From contig CALYOP010000004.1 in assembly GCA_945266285.1 (NCBI GenBank), forward strand, positions 29,615-93,614: a stretch of 64,000 nt of DNA, in the 5' to 3' direction. The notes below the pieces were generated by a model, which saw only the letters and a list, made by a program, of their open reading frames with translations, did no database searches and was not told the origin of the DNA. A program made the translations under genes and the position numbers. The number at the start of each line of letters is the position of its first letter. Position 1 is the first letter of the stretch. The stretch comes from an uncultured Commensalibacter sp. (GTDB lineage Bacteria; Pseudomonadota; Alphaproteobacteria; Acetobacterales; Acetobacteraceae). This document shows, piece after piece, positions 9,729 to 19,896 of the stretch.

Positions 9729-11177
9729 TTATGGAAGTTGGACTAGGTTTTGTTTCACTTCGTTATCTTGCCGGATCACGACGCGATAAAGATTGTAACT
9801 TTCTGCAATTTGTTGCTGTCGTGTTCGCTTAACTTCACCGACTTTTTTAACCTCAGAAAACCATTTTGCTGAAGGCATATCTTTGCGACGTTGACTGCGA
9901 ATTAAAATGGCATGCTTTGGCAATTCTTTTGGCAAATTAAAAAATACCCATCTTGGTTCAATTGCAGCTATTTTCCTGCCTTTGCTATAAAAAGCCAGTT
10001 CAGAAGCTAACCCATAATCATCAGCCAACAAATATTCATTAGGTTGTATTTCCTTTTCAATCGTTGTGGCTAACCCTTGCCATCCTCCTAACCGCTTAAG
10101 CGTCATATCAATTTTAGATGGCAGTGAAAAAGGTTGAACAACAGCCTGAACATAAATCGGCAGAATCATAAAAATACCAATAAGTATAGCTGTAATAATG
10201 TATTTTCGAACGAATAAAGTCGCTACAACAATCAACATTGGATAAATAAGCGTTACCCAATTTGCCTGAACCCGATCCCCAAAAGCATGTTGAATAAATA
10301 CCGCGGCAGGCACCATAATCATTAACCAAAGCAGAACATCTGGATCAGATCGGTTCTGATATATTCGTTGCGTTAACCGAATTACACCGATAACTAAGAA
10401 AACAAAAATTAACGGCGTCATTAATCCAATCTGCCCACCTATTAATTCTGTCAGATATTGCAATGCCTGGTGAGGATTCCAATCACCTGTTCTACCTCCC
10501 TGTTTTAGAAAACTTACAAAACCATGTTGCGCATTCCAAACAATAACAGGAGAAAAGATCAATAGTGCCAATAAAATAGCACCCCAACTTTCTTTAATTC
10601 GCAGATAATTTCTACCTTGGCGTGTTATGAGACACCATAATCCCAATCCCAAAGCAGGTAATAAAGCCGTATATTTACTCAGCAATGCCAAACCAAATGC
10701 AAAGCCGATCATCCACCACCATTTTTTTAAGTGTGTTGTCACAAGTCGCCCACATGCCCATAAGAAAACACACATAAAAAACAATAATGGTGTATCAGGA
10801 GTCATCGTTACCGATCCCACACCAATAGCCAAAGTGGCGTTAAAGAAACCTACGGCTTCAACAGCTTTTTTCCTTTTTTGCAATAGCTCATTTGTAAAAT
10901 CACAAGTTGCATAAAAAAGAAAAATACTACCGAAAAAAGCCGATAACGGACCTAGAAAACGAATTCCAAATGCTGTATGGCCAAACAAAAAAGTACCAAT
11001 CTTGATCCATAAAGCAACCATGGGTGGATGATCGTAATAACTTAGCTCAGGAGCTTTTGACCATATCCAGTAATAGGCTTCATCAGGAGAAAGCGGAACC
11101 CATACCGCGATTCCAAAACGTAAAAGGGTAATTACCCCTAGAGCAATCCAAAGTAACTTCTGAGATTGGAATTTCAC
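9729..11177 (-). CDS. GT-C glycosyltransferase, family 39 / ArnT-like (PMT_2)
   Basis: 482-aa polytopic membrane ORF. N-terminal loop motif is PLSPDEAYYWIWSKAPELSYYDHPPM. It overlaps the upstream GT2 gene by 4 nt. Confidence 0.85.
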   Translation of the reverse strand: MKFQSQKLLWIALGVITLLRFGIAVWVPLSPDEAYYWIWSKAPELSYYDHPPMVALWIKIGTFLFGHTAFGIRFLGPLSAFFGSIFLFYATCDFTNELLQKRKKAVEAVGFFNATLAIGVGSVTMTPDTPLLFFMCVFLWACGRLVTTHLKKWWWMIGFAFGLALLSKYTALLPALGLGLWCLITRQGRNYLRIKESWGAILLALLIFSPVIVWNAQHGFVSFLKQGGRTGDWNPHQALQYLTELIGGQIGLMTPLIFVFLVIGVIRLTQRIYQNRSDPDVLLWLMIMVPAAVFIQHAFGDRVQANWVTLIYPMLIVVATLFVRKYIITAILIGIFMILPIYVQAVVQPFSLPSKIDMTLKRLGGWQGLATTIEKEIQPNEYLLADDYGLASELAFYSKGRKIAAIEPRWVFFNLPKELPKHAILIRSQRRKDMPSAKWFSEVKKVGEVKRTRQQQIAESYNLYRVVIRQDNEVKQNLVQLP

Positions 11178-12283
11178 GATCGCCAGACCAACTGTGTGGC
11201 AATAATATTATTCCACATCATACCAAAACCAGAACCTATAAAACTGGCCAGAGCCCAGCTATAAGAAGCATTAAATGCCAAATTTCCGAGCCACAAATTT
11301 GCTAGTGATCCCACTAAACACAACAACAAAAAGACATTATAGCGTAAGGTCTTTTTAATTTTATTTTTATGTGCACAATAAAAAAATCGGCTTCCTAACC
11401 AGAAATAACCCAAAATTGCACCGACTGCACCAATCCATTGAGCGATAGAAAATCTACAGCCTAATTTTTGACCTATTAAAGCAATAATTAAATTAACGAC
11501 AATACCCGCAATAATAATGAAAAAACTGGTCAATAATCGTGTCGGGAAATAACCGTGACATAGCTTTTCGCAAAGCATAATAAGGAATTGTATCATTACC
11601 TTGAAATCGAGCTTACTTTCTCCATTCAATCTTGGTCGAAAATCACAAGGAATTTCTTTTAATCTTATCGTCTTAGGAGAAGACATCACCAAATCCAGCA
11701 ATATCTTAAAACCAGTTCCTGATAATTGTGGAACCAGTTCAACAAAAGTTTTACGCCGCATTGCGAAGAAACCGCTCATCGGATCACTTAAGGTAACCGG
11801 CAGAAAACGTTGCGAAAGCCATATCCCGCTATCTGACAAAATATGACGCCAACGGTTAGCCAACCCGATATTATTACCACCTTCGACATGTCTACTCCCT
11901 ACAGCAAAATCATAATTTTCTTTTATAATTGCTGTCAGTAATTCAGGAAGGCGGGTTTCATCATGCTGCATATCACCATCAATAACAGCAATACATTCTG
12001 CTGAAGAAGCCAAAACCCCTTCAATCACCGCAGAGGATAAACCTCTACGATCAAAACGTAACAATCCCCTAACTCGAAAATCTTCTTTTGCAATTTCCCG
12101 AATAATTTCAATTGACTGATCGGGAGAATTATCATCAACAAAAATAACTTCCCAGCGCCAACCATGAAGCGCTTTGTTCAAAGCTTGCACCATAGCTTTA
12201 ATATTACTTCCCTCATTATAACAAGGTACAATAATACTAACATCAAATGCCTTATCAGAGTTAATGGGTAGATTTTTGTTCAT
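11174..12283 (-). CDS. Polyprenyl-phosphate glycosyltransferase (GT2, ArnC/Dpm1-like) fused to a C-terminal GtrA-like 4-TM domain
   Basis: 369-aa ORF. GT2 motifs are VSIIVPCYNEG, FVDDNSPD and VIDGDMQHD. The C-terminal ~120 aa form four hydrophobic helices ending ...MWNNIIATQLVWRS, which is GtrA-like. Confidence 0.85.
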   Translation of the reverse strand: MNKNLPINSDKAFDVSIIVPCYNEGSNIKAMVQALNKALHGWRWEVIFVDDNSPDQSIEIIREIAKEDFRVRGLLRFDRRGLSSAVIEGVLASSAECIAVIDGDMQHDETRLPELLTAIIKENYDFAVGSRHVEGGNNIGLANRWRHILSDSGIWLSQRFLPVTLSDPMSGFFAMRRKTFVELVPQLSGTGFKILLDLVMSSPKTIRLKEIPCDFRPRLNGESKLDFKVMIQFLIMLCEKLCHGYFPTRLLTSFFIIIAGIVVNLIIALIGQKLGCRFSIAQWIGAVGAILGYFWLGSRFFYCAHKNKIKKTLRYNVFLLLCLVGSLANLWLGNLAFNASYSWALASFIGSGFGMMWNNIIATQLVWRS

Positions 12284-12297
12284 ATCAATAAAAGCTA

Positions 12298-12819
12298 TTA
12301 ATGACCTTCTTCTTCCAATGGAACGCCAACACGATATAGGCTAGTACGAATTGTTTGCAATGTCTGAACCCGAGCAACATGGGGATTGCTTGTTAGTAAA
12401 TGCGTAATGCGATTTTCATCTTCTGTATTTCGCGCAATAAATCGAATCATGAAATCAAGACCTCCACGAACCATATGACATTCGCGGACTTCGGGATATT
12501 GAGCCATTTGCTCTTCAAATTCTCGTAACACGGCCTCTTTTTGACTATCAAGACCAATAAGAACAAAAACAGAAAATGGCCAACCTACAGATACTGCATT
12601 AATATGCGCATGATAACTCTGTATAATCCCCATAGCTTCCAATCGTCTTACTCTGCGAAGACATGGAGGAGCAGATATCCCAACACGCTGAGCTAATTCA
12701 ACATTGGTAATGCGACCATCTTTTTGCAATTCTCTTAAAATAGACCAATCTATCTTATCCAGTTCCGTCAAGAGCTCGCTATCCTTTTCAAATCTAATCA
12801 CTTTATTGTACCTACACAC
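12298..12819 (-). CDS. Lrp/AsnC-family transcriptional regulator
   Basis: HTH region is DWSILRELQKDGRITNVELAQRVGISAPPCLRRVRRLEAMGII, followed by a RAM/AsnC_trans_reg-like C-terminus. It sits 14 nt upstream of, and co-directional with, the GT2 gene. Confidence 0.88.
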   Translation of the reverse strand: MCRYNKVIRFEKDSELLTELDKIDWSILRELQKDGRITNVELAQRVGISAPPCLRRVRRLEAMGIIQSYHAHINAVSVGWPFSVFVLIGLDSQKEAVLREFEEQMAQYPEVRECHMVRGGLDFMIRFIARNTEDENRITHLLTSNPHVARVQTLQTIRTSLYRVGVPLEEEGH

Positions 12820-12924
12820 AACACTGTGGTTAGATTAATTTGTGTTAATAACTTTTAATCAGTAATTATTTACTTATATTATGAAAAAAAGAGAAAGTCT
12901 CTTGGTAAAATTTGGATAAGGCAT

Positions 12925-13884
12925 ATGACGGAAACATTTTTGACAGATATATTAATTCTGGGTGCAGGTCCTGCAGGTTACACCGCGGCAATTTACGCTG
13001 CACGCGCTAATCTAAAACCAATTCTGGTTACAGGTCTACAACCTGGTGGGCAATTAACGATTACCAACGAAATCGAAAATTTTCCAGGGTTCGCTAATCC
13101 TGTTCAAGGTCCATGGTTAATGGAACAAATGGCAGAACAGGCCAAAAATGTAGGTACGGTTATTCATTATGATCTCATTACGCAATGTAATTTATCGACA
13201 CCCAAAAAAGATGATCCATATTTTACTTTTCATGCCGATTCTGGCAATATTTACAAAGCACGTTCAGCAATTATCGCAACAGGTGCACAAGCACGCTGGC
13301 TTGGACTAGAAGCAGAAACGCGTCTTCAAGGATTTGGTGTATCTGCTTGTGCTACCTGTGATGGTTTTTTCTATCGTGGGAAAAAAGTTGCTGTAATTGG
13401 TGGTGGAAATAGCGCTGTAGAAGAAGCACTTTATCTCACACATCATGCTGATCATGTTACCTTAATTCATCGTCGCGATAGTTTAAAAGCTGAAAAAATT
13501 CAGCAGGATCGTTTATTCAATAATCCTAAAATTTCTATTCTGTGGAATAGTGTCGTCGAAGATATTCTGGCTGACGGAAATCCTCCAGTCGTAACAGGAT
13601 TAGCTTTACGCGATGTTGTGAAAAATGAATCTTATCAAATCGCTGTAGATGGTGTTTTTGTCGCTATCGGTCATACTCCTAATACAAAAATATTCAATGA
13701 CCAAATTGAACTCGATAACGAAGGTTATATTATCACGACCCCTGGCACGACCAAAACGTCTGTCCCAGGTATTTATGCCGCAGGAGATGTTCAAGATAAA
13801 CATTATCGTCAAGCAATTACCGCCGCAGGAACTGGCTGTATGGCCGCATTAGAAGCAGAACGCTTCTTAGCTTCATCAACTTAA
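12925..13884 (+). CDS. trxB: Thioredoxin-disulfide reductase
   Basis: 319-aa ORF. It has the FAD motif ILGAGPAGYTAAIYAAR, the redox motif CATCDG and the NADPH motif GGGNSAVEEA. Confidence 0.96.
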   Translation: MTETFLTDILILGAGPAGYTAAIYAARANLKPILVTGLQPGGQLTITNEIENFPGFANPVQGPWLMEQMAEQAKNVGTVIHYDLITQCNLSTPKKDDPYFTFHADSGNIYKARSAIIATGAQARWLGLEAETRLQGFGVSACATCDGFFYRGKKVAVIGGGNSAVEEALYLTHHADHVTLIHRRDSLKAEKIQQDRLFNNPKISILWNSVVEDILADGNPPVVTGLALRDVVKNESYQIAVDGVFVAIGHTPNTKIFNDQIELDNEGYIITTPGTTKTSVPGIYAAGDVQDKHYRQAITAAGTGCMAALEAERFLASST

Positions 13885-13902
13885 ATTGGGAGAGTTACGA
13901 TT

Positions 13903-14802
13903 TTGATGATGAATTGGAATAAACTTCGCGTTTTCGAAATCGTAGCCAGAGCAGGTTCGTTTACTCAAGCGAGCAAAATGCTAAATCTTAGCCAATCTGC
14001 CGTTTCACGACAAATCTCAGCTTTGGAAACTGATTTTGAAGTACCCCTATTTCACCGTCATGCACGTGGCTTGATCCTAACTGAACAAGGAGAAGATTTA
14101 TACGAAACGGTCAAAGAAGTTGCCGATAAACTTTCATTAACTCATACCCGTTTACAAGAAAGTAGAGAAAAAACCTTTGGACAACTTCGTATTACAACTT
14201 CTATTGGTCTAGGAAGCTATTGGCTTATTGATCGAATTTCGTATTTTATAGAGCAACAGCCGAACATGCATGTCTCTATTGTTGTAGAAGATCATGACCT
14301 TGATTTAAATATGCGCGAAGCAGATGTTGCCATACGATTACATCCTTCTCAACATCCTGATTTAATCCAGCGCTACTTGGTCAGTGTTCCGCTTCAAGTT
14401 TATGCTTCGCCGAAATACATTGAAAAATACGGTAAACCACACACCATACAGGATCTGGTTAATCATAAACTTATTTTATTTTCTCGTGGAAATTTATCTT
14501 TAATTATGACACGCCTTGATTGGATGGGACGTCTTCCACAATTTCATAAAGACCCGTTAAAACCGGTTCTTACAGTTAATAATATTGTCGCAATGGTTTC
14601 TAGTATTGAACGTGGAATTGGGATCGGTGCACTTCCTAAATATGTTGCCGTCAACCGTCCAAATTTGATTCAAATTTTGAAAAATATCGATGTTCCTCTT
14701 GTTAAACTATATCTCGTTTATCCACAAGAATTACGTACATCGAAGAAAATTCGCGCTTTTGGAGATTTTATTATCCGTGAATTTAATAAACACTTCGATT
14801 AA
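13903..14802 (+). CDS. LysR-family transcriptional regulator
   Basis: N-terminal HTH is LRVFEIVARAGSFTQASKMLNLSQSAVSRQISALE, followed by a LysR substrate-binding domain of the expected length. TTG start in the ORF track. Confidence 0.9.
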   Translation: MMMNWNKLRVFEIVARAGSFTQASKMLNLSQSAVSRQISALETDFEVPLFHRHARGLILTEQGEDLYETVKEVADKLSLTHTRLQESREKTFGQLRITTSIGLGSYWLIDRISYFIEQQPNMHVSIVVEDHDLDLNMREADVAIRLHPSQHPDLIQRYLVSVPLQVYASPKYIEKYGKPHTIQDLVNHKLILFSRGNLSLIMTRLDWMGRLPQFHKDPLKPVLTVNNIVAMVSSIERGIGIGALPKYVAVNRPNLIQILKNIDVPLVKLYLVYPQELRTSKKIRAFGDFIIREFNKHFD

Positions 14803-14805
14803 TAT

Positions 14806-16248
14806 CTAATTATTCCGATTATAATGATCTTCGAGGCGAACGATATCGTCTTCTCCCAAGTAAGAACCGGATTGGATTTCAATAACAACTAAAGGAATAC
14901 GTCCAGGATTAATTAATCGGTGTAAAATACCCAAGGGTAGATAAACGCTTTCATTTTCACGTACGAGAAATTTTTCATCTCCACGTATAACTTCGGCAAC
15001 ACCCGATACAACGACCCAATGTTCTGCTCGATGATAATGTTTTTGCAAAGATAATTGTGCACCAGCATGCACAACGATTTGCTTAACTTGAAAGCGTTCC
15101 CCCCAAGCCAGCGTTTCATAATAACCCCAAGGTCGATAACACCGATTATGTGCAACCGCTTCACGTTGATTCGCTGCAGTCAAACGTTCAACAATTTTTT
15201 TTACATTTTGTGCTTTCTTACGATCCGAAACCAAAACGGCATCACGCGTAACCACAACCACAATGTCATCTAGACCATTAACCGCCGTAACAATATCTTC
15301 AGATCGGACATAGCTATTTTGGGTTTCTTCTAAAAAAACCTTTCCCAATGCGACATTCCCACGCGCATCCTTTTTACTAATATCCCAAAGCCCATCCCAA
15401 CTTCCAACATCAGACCATACAAGATCAGCAGGAATAACTGCCATCTTATGTGATTTTTCAGCGACGGCATAATCTATAGAAATTGATGGAACTTCCGAGA
15501 AATAATCCGCATTCAAACATTCAAAAAATAGATCTGAGACCCGACTTTCAACAACCCTTTTGACTTTTTCTAATAATTCAGGGGCGTGCGTTTCCATTTC
15601 TTTCAACATTGTTTTTGCAGAAAAAACAAACATACCTGAATTCCAGAGATATTTCCCTGATTTAACCATATTCTGTGCTTGAGGAAGATCAGGTTTTTCT
15701 GTGAAAGCTTTGACCCGATAAATATCTTTTTCATCAGGTAATACATCACCGATTTCAATATAACCATACCCTGTTTCAGGGCGATTAGGCTGCATGCCAA
15801 ACGTTACGATCATTCCCTGCTGTGCTGCTTTAGCCGCGATTTGCGTTAATGCTACAAGACGATTTGTGTTTTCGATTGCGGCATCAGCAGCCATTGCCCA
15901 AATAATGGTGTCAGGATTTTTTTCAGCAACCAGTAAACAAGCTATTGCAATGGCTGGTGCAGAATTACGACCAAAAGGTTCAAGAACGATTCTAGGTTTC
16001 TCAATACCGATTTCTCTTAATTGTTCGGCTATTAAAAATCGATGGTCTTTATTACAAATAATAATAGGTGAAGTAAAATTCTTCCCATTACCTCTAAGCG
16101 CTGTGTCCTGTAACATCGAACGGTTAGTCAGTAATGGCCATAATTGTTTTGGAAAACTTGCTCGAGAAATTGGCCAAAGCCTGCTGCCTGTACCACCGGA
16201 TAAGATTAACGGGGTTAAAAAAAACTGTCCACCCTCAACCTTATCCAT
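14806..16248 (-). CDS. manC: Mannose-1-phosphate guanylyltransferase / mannose-6-phosphate isomerase (type II PMI-GMP)
   Basis: 480-aa ORF. The N-terminus LSGGTGSRLWP is a nucleotidyltransferase motif. The C-terminal cupin region is GERFQVKQIVVHAGAQLSLQKHYHRAEHWVVVSG. Confidence 0.93.
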   Translation of the reverse strand: MDKVEGGQFFLTPLILSGGTGSRLWPISRASFPKQLWPLLTNRSMLQDTALRGNGKNFTSPIIICNKDHRFLIAEQLREIGIEKPRIVLEPFGRNSAPAIAIACLLVAEKNPDTIIWAMAADAAIENTNRLVALTQIAAKAAQQGMIVTFGMQPNRPETGYGYIEIGDVLPDEKDIYRVKAFTEKPDLPQAQNMVKSGKYLWNSGMFVFSAKTMLKEMETHAPELLEKVKRVVESRVSDLFFECLNADYFSEVPSISIDYAVAEKSHKMAVIPADLVWSDVGSWDGLWDISKKDARGNVALGKVFLEETQNSYVRSEDIVTAVNGLDDIVVVVTRDAVLVSDRKKAQNVKKIVERLTAANQREAVAHNRCYRPWGYYETLAWGERFQVKQIVVHAGAQLSLQKHYHRAEHWVVVSGVAEVIRGDEKFLVRENESVYLPLGILHRLINPGRIPLVVIEIQSGSYLGEDDIVRLEDHYNRNN

Positions 16249-16277
16249 TCTTACATTCTCTTTCTATGCAGCATTAC

Positions 16278-16562
16278 TTAAGAATTGCGGTTGGTACGCT
16301 CTCTTAATTCTTTGCCTGTTTTAAAAAAAGGAACAAATTTCTCTTCAACTTCTACAGATTCGCCTGTTCTCGGATTACGCCCAATACGTGCTTTGCGCTG
16401 TTTGACAAAGAAGGCGCCAAAACCTCTAAGCTCAACACGATCACCACGAATAAGTGCACTTTCAATTTCCGAAAAAATGGTAGAAACGATAAGATCTATC
16501 TCTTCCAATTTTAAATTGGGGTGAGATGCAGCCAGATCAGCAATTAATTCAGATTTAGTCAT
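16278..16562 (-). CDS. ihfB: Integration host factor beta subunit
   Basis: 94-aa ORF: MTKSELI...[31 protein letters not shown]. This is the HU/IHF fold with the IHF-beta pattern. Confidence 0.93.
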   Translation of the reverse strand: MTKSELIADLAASHPNLKLEEIDLIVSTIFSEIESALIRGDRVELRGFGAFFVKQRKARIGRNPRTGESVEVEEKFVPFFKTGKELRERTNRNS

Positions 16563-16585
16563 ATTAATCCACTTAACAATTTTTT

Positions 16586-17521
16586 CTATGGCTGCCAGAT
16601 TGCGAGCGCTCCGTCAAGTCTTGTTGTGTTATTATTAACAATTTTTGACAACAACCCATTAAACAAATATCCTACCGTTCCATTCATCAAGGAATCCGTC
16701 CATTTAAGTTTCTTTTCTTCTTTTAACTCTGCAACTTTAATATCTTTTTTCAAATGATATTTTTCAATAAACCATGCCTTCGCATTACGTTCATTACCAA
16801 TCTGATCAATTAAACCTATTTTTAAAGCTTGTTTTCCCGTATAGGGTCGTCCATCGGCTAATTGTTGAACATTCTGGTAAGACATATGGCGCCCTTCAGC
16901 AACCATAATTATAAACTGATCATACATATCACTAATCAAACCCTGTAGCATTTTTTTGCCTTCAGGACTAATTGGTTTGACCATTGAAGGTTGCCCTTTC
17001 ATTGGACCTGATACAAATTGATCAACGTTGACACCGACTTTATCCAACAATACCGAGAAATCAGGGGACTGCATAATGACCCCAATTGATCCTGTTAAAG
17101 TAGAATTAGAAGCAAAAATTCGCTGAGCAGGAACCGATATCATATAGCCAGCAGAAGCGGCAACAGATCCCATCACGACAGCAACAGGTTTCTGCTTAGC
17201 AAAACGAACCATCTCTTCATGTAATTGCTCGCCACCAGTAACTGTTCCACCGGGACTATTTACATAAAGAATTAGACCTTTTACTGAATTATCTTTCAAG
17301 GCCTTTTCAAATAGATCAATACGTTTCGACACATCTGATCCGATAACACCTTCTATGGTTATCTTAGCTAAATGATCGCCTCGCATTTCTTTTGTTTGCA
17401 AAAAGAAACCAACCGTTATAATTGCAGCAAAGAAAATAAAAAAAGAAATACATCGCCATAATATAATACGACGACGCATTTTTTGCTGTTCTAGCAAAAG
17501 GTCACTTTCAAGAGCCATCAA
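16586..17521 (-). CDS. sppA: Signal peptide peptidase SppA, 36K type
   Basis: 311-aa ORF with an N-terminal TM helix and the S49 peptidase motifs [10 protein letters not shown] and ASAGYMIS. Confidence 0.9.
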   Translation of the reverse strand: MMALESDLLLEQQKMRRRIILWRCISFFIFFAAIITVGFFLQTKEMRGDHLAKITIEGVIGSDVSKRIDLFEKALKDNSVKGLILYVNSPGGTVTGGEQLHEEMVRFAKQKPVAVVMGSVAASAGYMISVPAQRIFASNSTLTGSIGVIMQSPDFSVLLDKVGVNVDQFVSGPMKGQPSMVKPISPEGKKMLQGLISDMYDQFIIMVAEGRHMSYQNVQQLADGRPYTGKQALKIGLIDQIGNERNAKAWFIEKYHLKKDIKVAELKEEKKLKWTDSLMNGTVGYLFNGLLSKIVNNNTTRLDGALAIWQP

Positions 17522-17615
17522 AACCTTGCTTTAATAAAATGAGAATCGACTACTATTCTTTAAACTGTTTTCGATAGTTTTAAAATCGTTTACACATTTT
17601 TTTTATGACAAAGTG

Positions 17616-18080
17616 TTAGAATTCCTGTCTAGAATCTCTACGAGCACGCCGAGTTGCTCTTGTTGGGATTTCAGCGCCGCTGACGATTTTCCGTCCCAAA
17701 CCAATCTCACGTGCCAAATTAGAACGACGTTCTGCATAATTCGGAGCAACCATAGGATAATCGGGAGGAAGATTCCAACGTTCTCTATATTGTTCTGGAG
17801 TTAAACCATAAGCACTCTGAATATGGCGTTTTAACATTTTCAATTTCTTGCCATCTTCTAGGCAAATGATGTAATCTGGGAAAACTGAACGCTTTACAGG
17901 AACAACAGGTTGTAACTTTTCCGGTTCTGCATTTACTTTACAGACCGATGATAAAGCTTGGTGCACCTGACGAATGAGATCCGGCAAATGTTCAGCATTG
18001 ACAACGTTATTAGAAACATGCGCTGATACAATTTCTGTAGTCAGCTCTAATATCGACTGTTTTTTCTCTTCTAAATCCAT
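17616..18080 (-). CDS. mucR: Ros/MucR-family transcriptional regulator
   Basis: 154-aa ORF. ...DYIICLEDGKKLKMLKRHIQSAYGLTPEQYRERWNLPPDYPMVAPNYAERRSNLAREIGLGRK aligns with the Ros/MucR DNA-binding domain. A 374-bp very AT-rich region lies upstream. Confidence 0.9.
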   Translation of the reverse strand: MDLEEKKQSILELTTEIVSAHVSNNVVNAEHLPDLIRQVHQALSSVCKVNAEPEKLQPVVPVKRSVFPDYIICLEDGKKLKMLKRHIQSAYGLTPEQYRERWNLPPDYPMVAPNYAERRSNLAREIGLGRKIVSGAEIPTRATRRARRDSRQEF

Positions 18081-18454
18081 CGCATTAATCCATTTACTGT
18101 TTTATACAATTTCTAGATAATATTGTGTTTTAACATAATTATAAGAAAAAGCTAAGCAAAATACAATAAATAATCATAAAAATCTCAAATGATTATTCGA
18201 ATGTTAGGAAAAAACTTATAAACCAACAATTACGTCAACGTAAAAAACAGAAATTTTCTATTAAGGCATCTTAAAATTATTTTATATCCATAAAAGAAAG
18301 AACAATTTAAAAAGTTATAAAAAAATCATTTAATAACTTTTAATGAGTATGTTAATCTAGATTAATTATAATTTAGTGTTTTCATTTCTTTTTTTGTGAT
18401 TTACTTTTTAAAAAACCAATCTCCTAACTATAAAAAATAAGTGTCAAGAAAAAC

Positions 18455-18637
18455 ATGACCAAAATCATCACATCATCACTGCTTTATACTGTCATTTGTT
18501 TTATAATGCTGATGCTCTATCTATTTGGCCTGACGGGATGTGCATCGGATTCACAATCACTCAGACAAAATAATGACCAACATTCTGCTCCAATTTCAGG
18601 TCCCTATTTAAGCACAGGGACCGGAGGAATTCCTTAA
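18455..18637 (+). CDS. Small putative lipoprotein
   Basis: 60-aa ORF with a hydrophobic signal and a lipobox, LFGLTG-C. There is no clear RBS. Its end overlaps the convergent acyltransferase gene by 4 nt. Confidence 0.35.
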   Translation: MTKIITSSLLYTVICFIMLMLYLFGLTGCASDSQSLRQNNDQHSAPISGPYLSTGTGGIP

Positions 18638-19755
18638 CTTTTACCAGCCAAAATCTGTTTTGGTCTTAACCGCAGAAACGGCTTTTCAATAATATACCAT
18701 GAGAATAGGGATGCTGTTAGAAGGGAAATTATAAATAATGTTAATGAAAAACCAACATTCCAATGATATTGATTTTTAAAATGAATAATAATTTCTAAAA
18801 TTATAATATGTGTTAGATATAAACTATAAGCCATATTGCTTAAATTTTGTACAATAAATTGAATAATTTTAGGCAAAGATTTAATCTTTATGGCAGCAGG
18901 AAAACATAAAAGAAAAATAACACCAGATATATTAAATATCATTACCCGCTGTGTTTGCTGTAAAAAAGTAGGCAACAAATTAAGATACTTACTCCCTAAT
19001 AACCATAAGGCCAAAAATAAAAATATTCCTACTCCCCCTATCTCATAGGCTTTTTTTCGAAATATAGGAAAGCGCTGGTATAATAGTAAACCACCTACAC
19101 CTAAAGCAATTTCATCCAACCGATAGATTACTACTTTGCGCATCACTTGATCCCAGTTAATATTCGCAGGCAGGTTAAACCGAAGCATTAAGGGTAAAAT
19201 TAAAAAAACTGACAATACGACCTTGATTCCTCTCGATAAACCAAGATATTTGCACCCTAAGATAAGCGCAGTAGAAAAAGTTAAATAAAACCATTCTTCA
19301 ATGGTTAACGACCACGTAACAGAAAAATAGTTTCCTACCATTGGCCAAGCTAAATTTTGGGTAAAGCTAAGATAATAAAGTAATATCGCCTTTAAAGGAC
19401 GCATGGTGATATCACCAAATCTGTAATACCAACCAAAAATAAATACCAACAACCAAAAATAATAGGCGGGCAGAGTCCTCATCCAACGGCGTATCAAGAA
19501 AGTAAATAATGACCGAATATCTGGTTTCAATCGCACAATATCCAATAAAATACGACCAATCAAAAAACCACTTAAAATAAAAAATAATTCGACGCCATAA
19601 AATCCTAAAACCACCAAATAAAAAATTATTCCTTGATCCGGCGATTTGCAAAAATACAAGCAGCTATGACAGACTAATACAAATATAATGGCAAAAGAGC
19701 GTATTAAATCTAAACCTATAGAACGTTGAGAGACATTCTCAAATGATGGAAGCAC
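18634..19755 (-). CDS. Acyltransferase family 3 (OafA/YrhL-like O-acyltransferase) membrane protein
   Basis: 373-aa polytopic ORF. The N-terminal block GLDLIRSFAIIFVLVCHS is typical of acyltransferase_3. GC is extremely low; line 18781-18840 hand-counts to 11/60 G+C. Confidence 0.8.
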   Translation of the reverse strand: MLPSFENVSQRSIGLDLIRSFAIIFVLVCHSCLYFCKSPDQGIIFYLVVLGFYGVELFFILSGFLIGRILLDIVRLKPDIRSLFTFLIRRWMRTLPAYYFWLLVFIFGWYYRFGDITMRPLKAILLYYLSFTQNLAWPMVGNYFSVTWSLTIEEWFYLTFSTALILGCKYLGLSRGIKVVLSVFLILPLMLRFNLPANINWDQVMRKVVIYRLDEIALGVGGLLLYQRFPIFRKKAYEIGGVGIFLFLALWLLGSKYLNLLPTFLQQTQRVMIFNISGVIFLLCFPAAIKIKSLPKIIQFIVQNLSNMAYSLYLTHIIILEIIIHFKNQYHWNVGFSLTLFIISLLTASLFSWYIIEKPFLRLRPKQILAGKS

Positions 19756-19896
19756 GTTTTCCCTTTTATTTCTAAATCATCACAATATGAATATTTTTTA
19801 CGGTAATATGAATTTATTCTTAATTAATCAAGCAATATAATACTTTTTATTATATTAACTTATTATGTTAACATTTCGATATAATAAGGGATAGTC

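Noticed and set aside
14718-14726. Perfect DnaA-box sequence TTATCCACA
   Set aside because: It is a single copy inside the LysR-family coding region. There is no cluster and no adjacent AT-rich unwinding element, so it is not an origin.
15794-16324. 176-aa ORF on the + strand
   Set aside because: It lies almost entirely antisense to manC, which has unambiguous homology motifs. Its Ala/Ile-rich low-complexity translation is typical of shadow ORFs.
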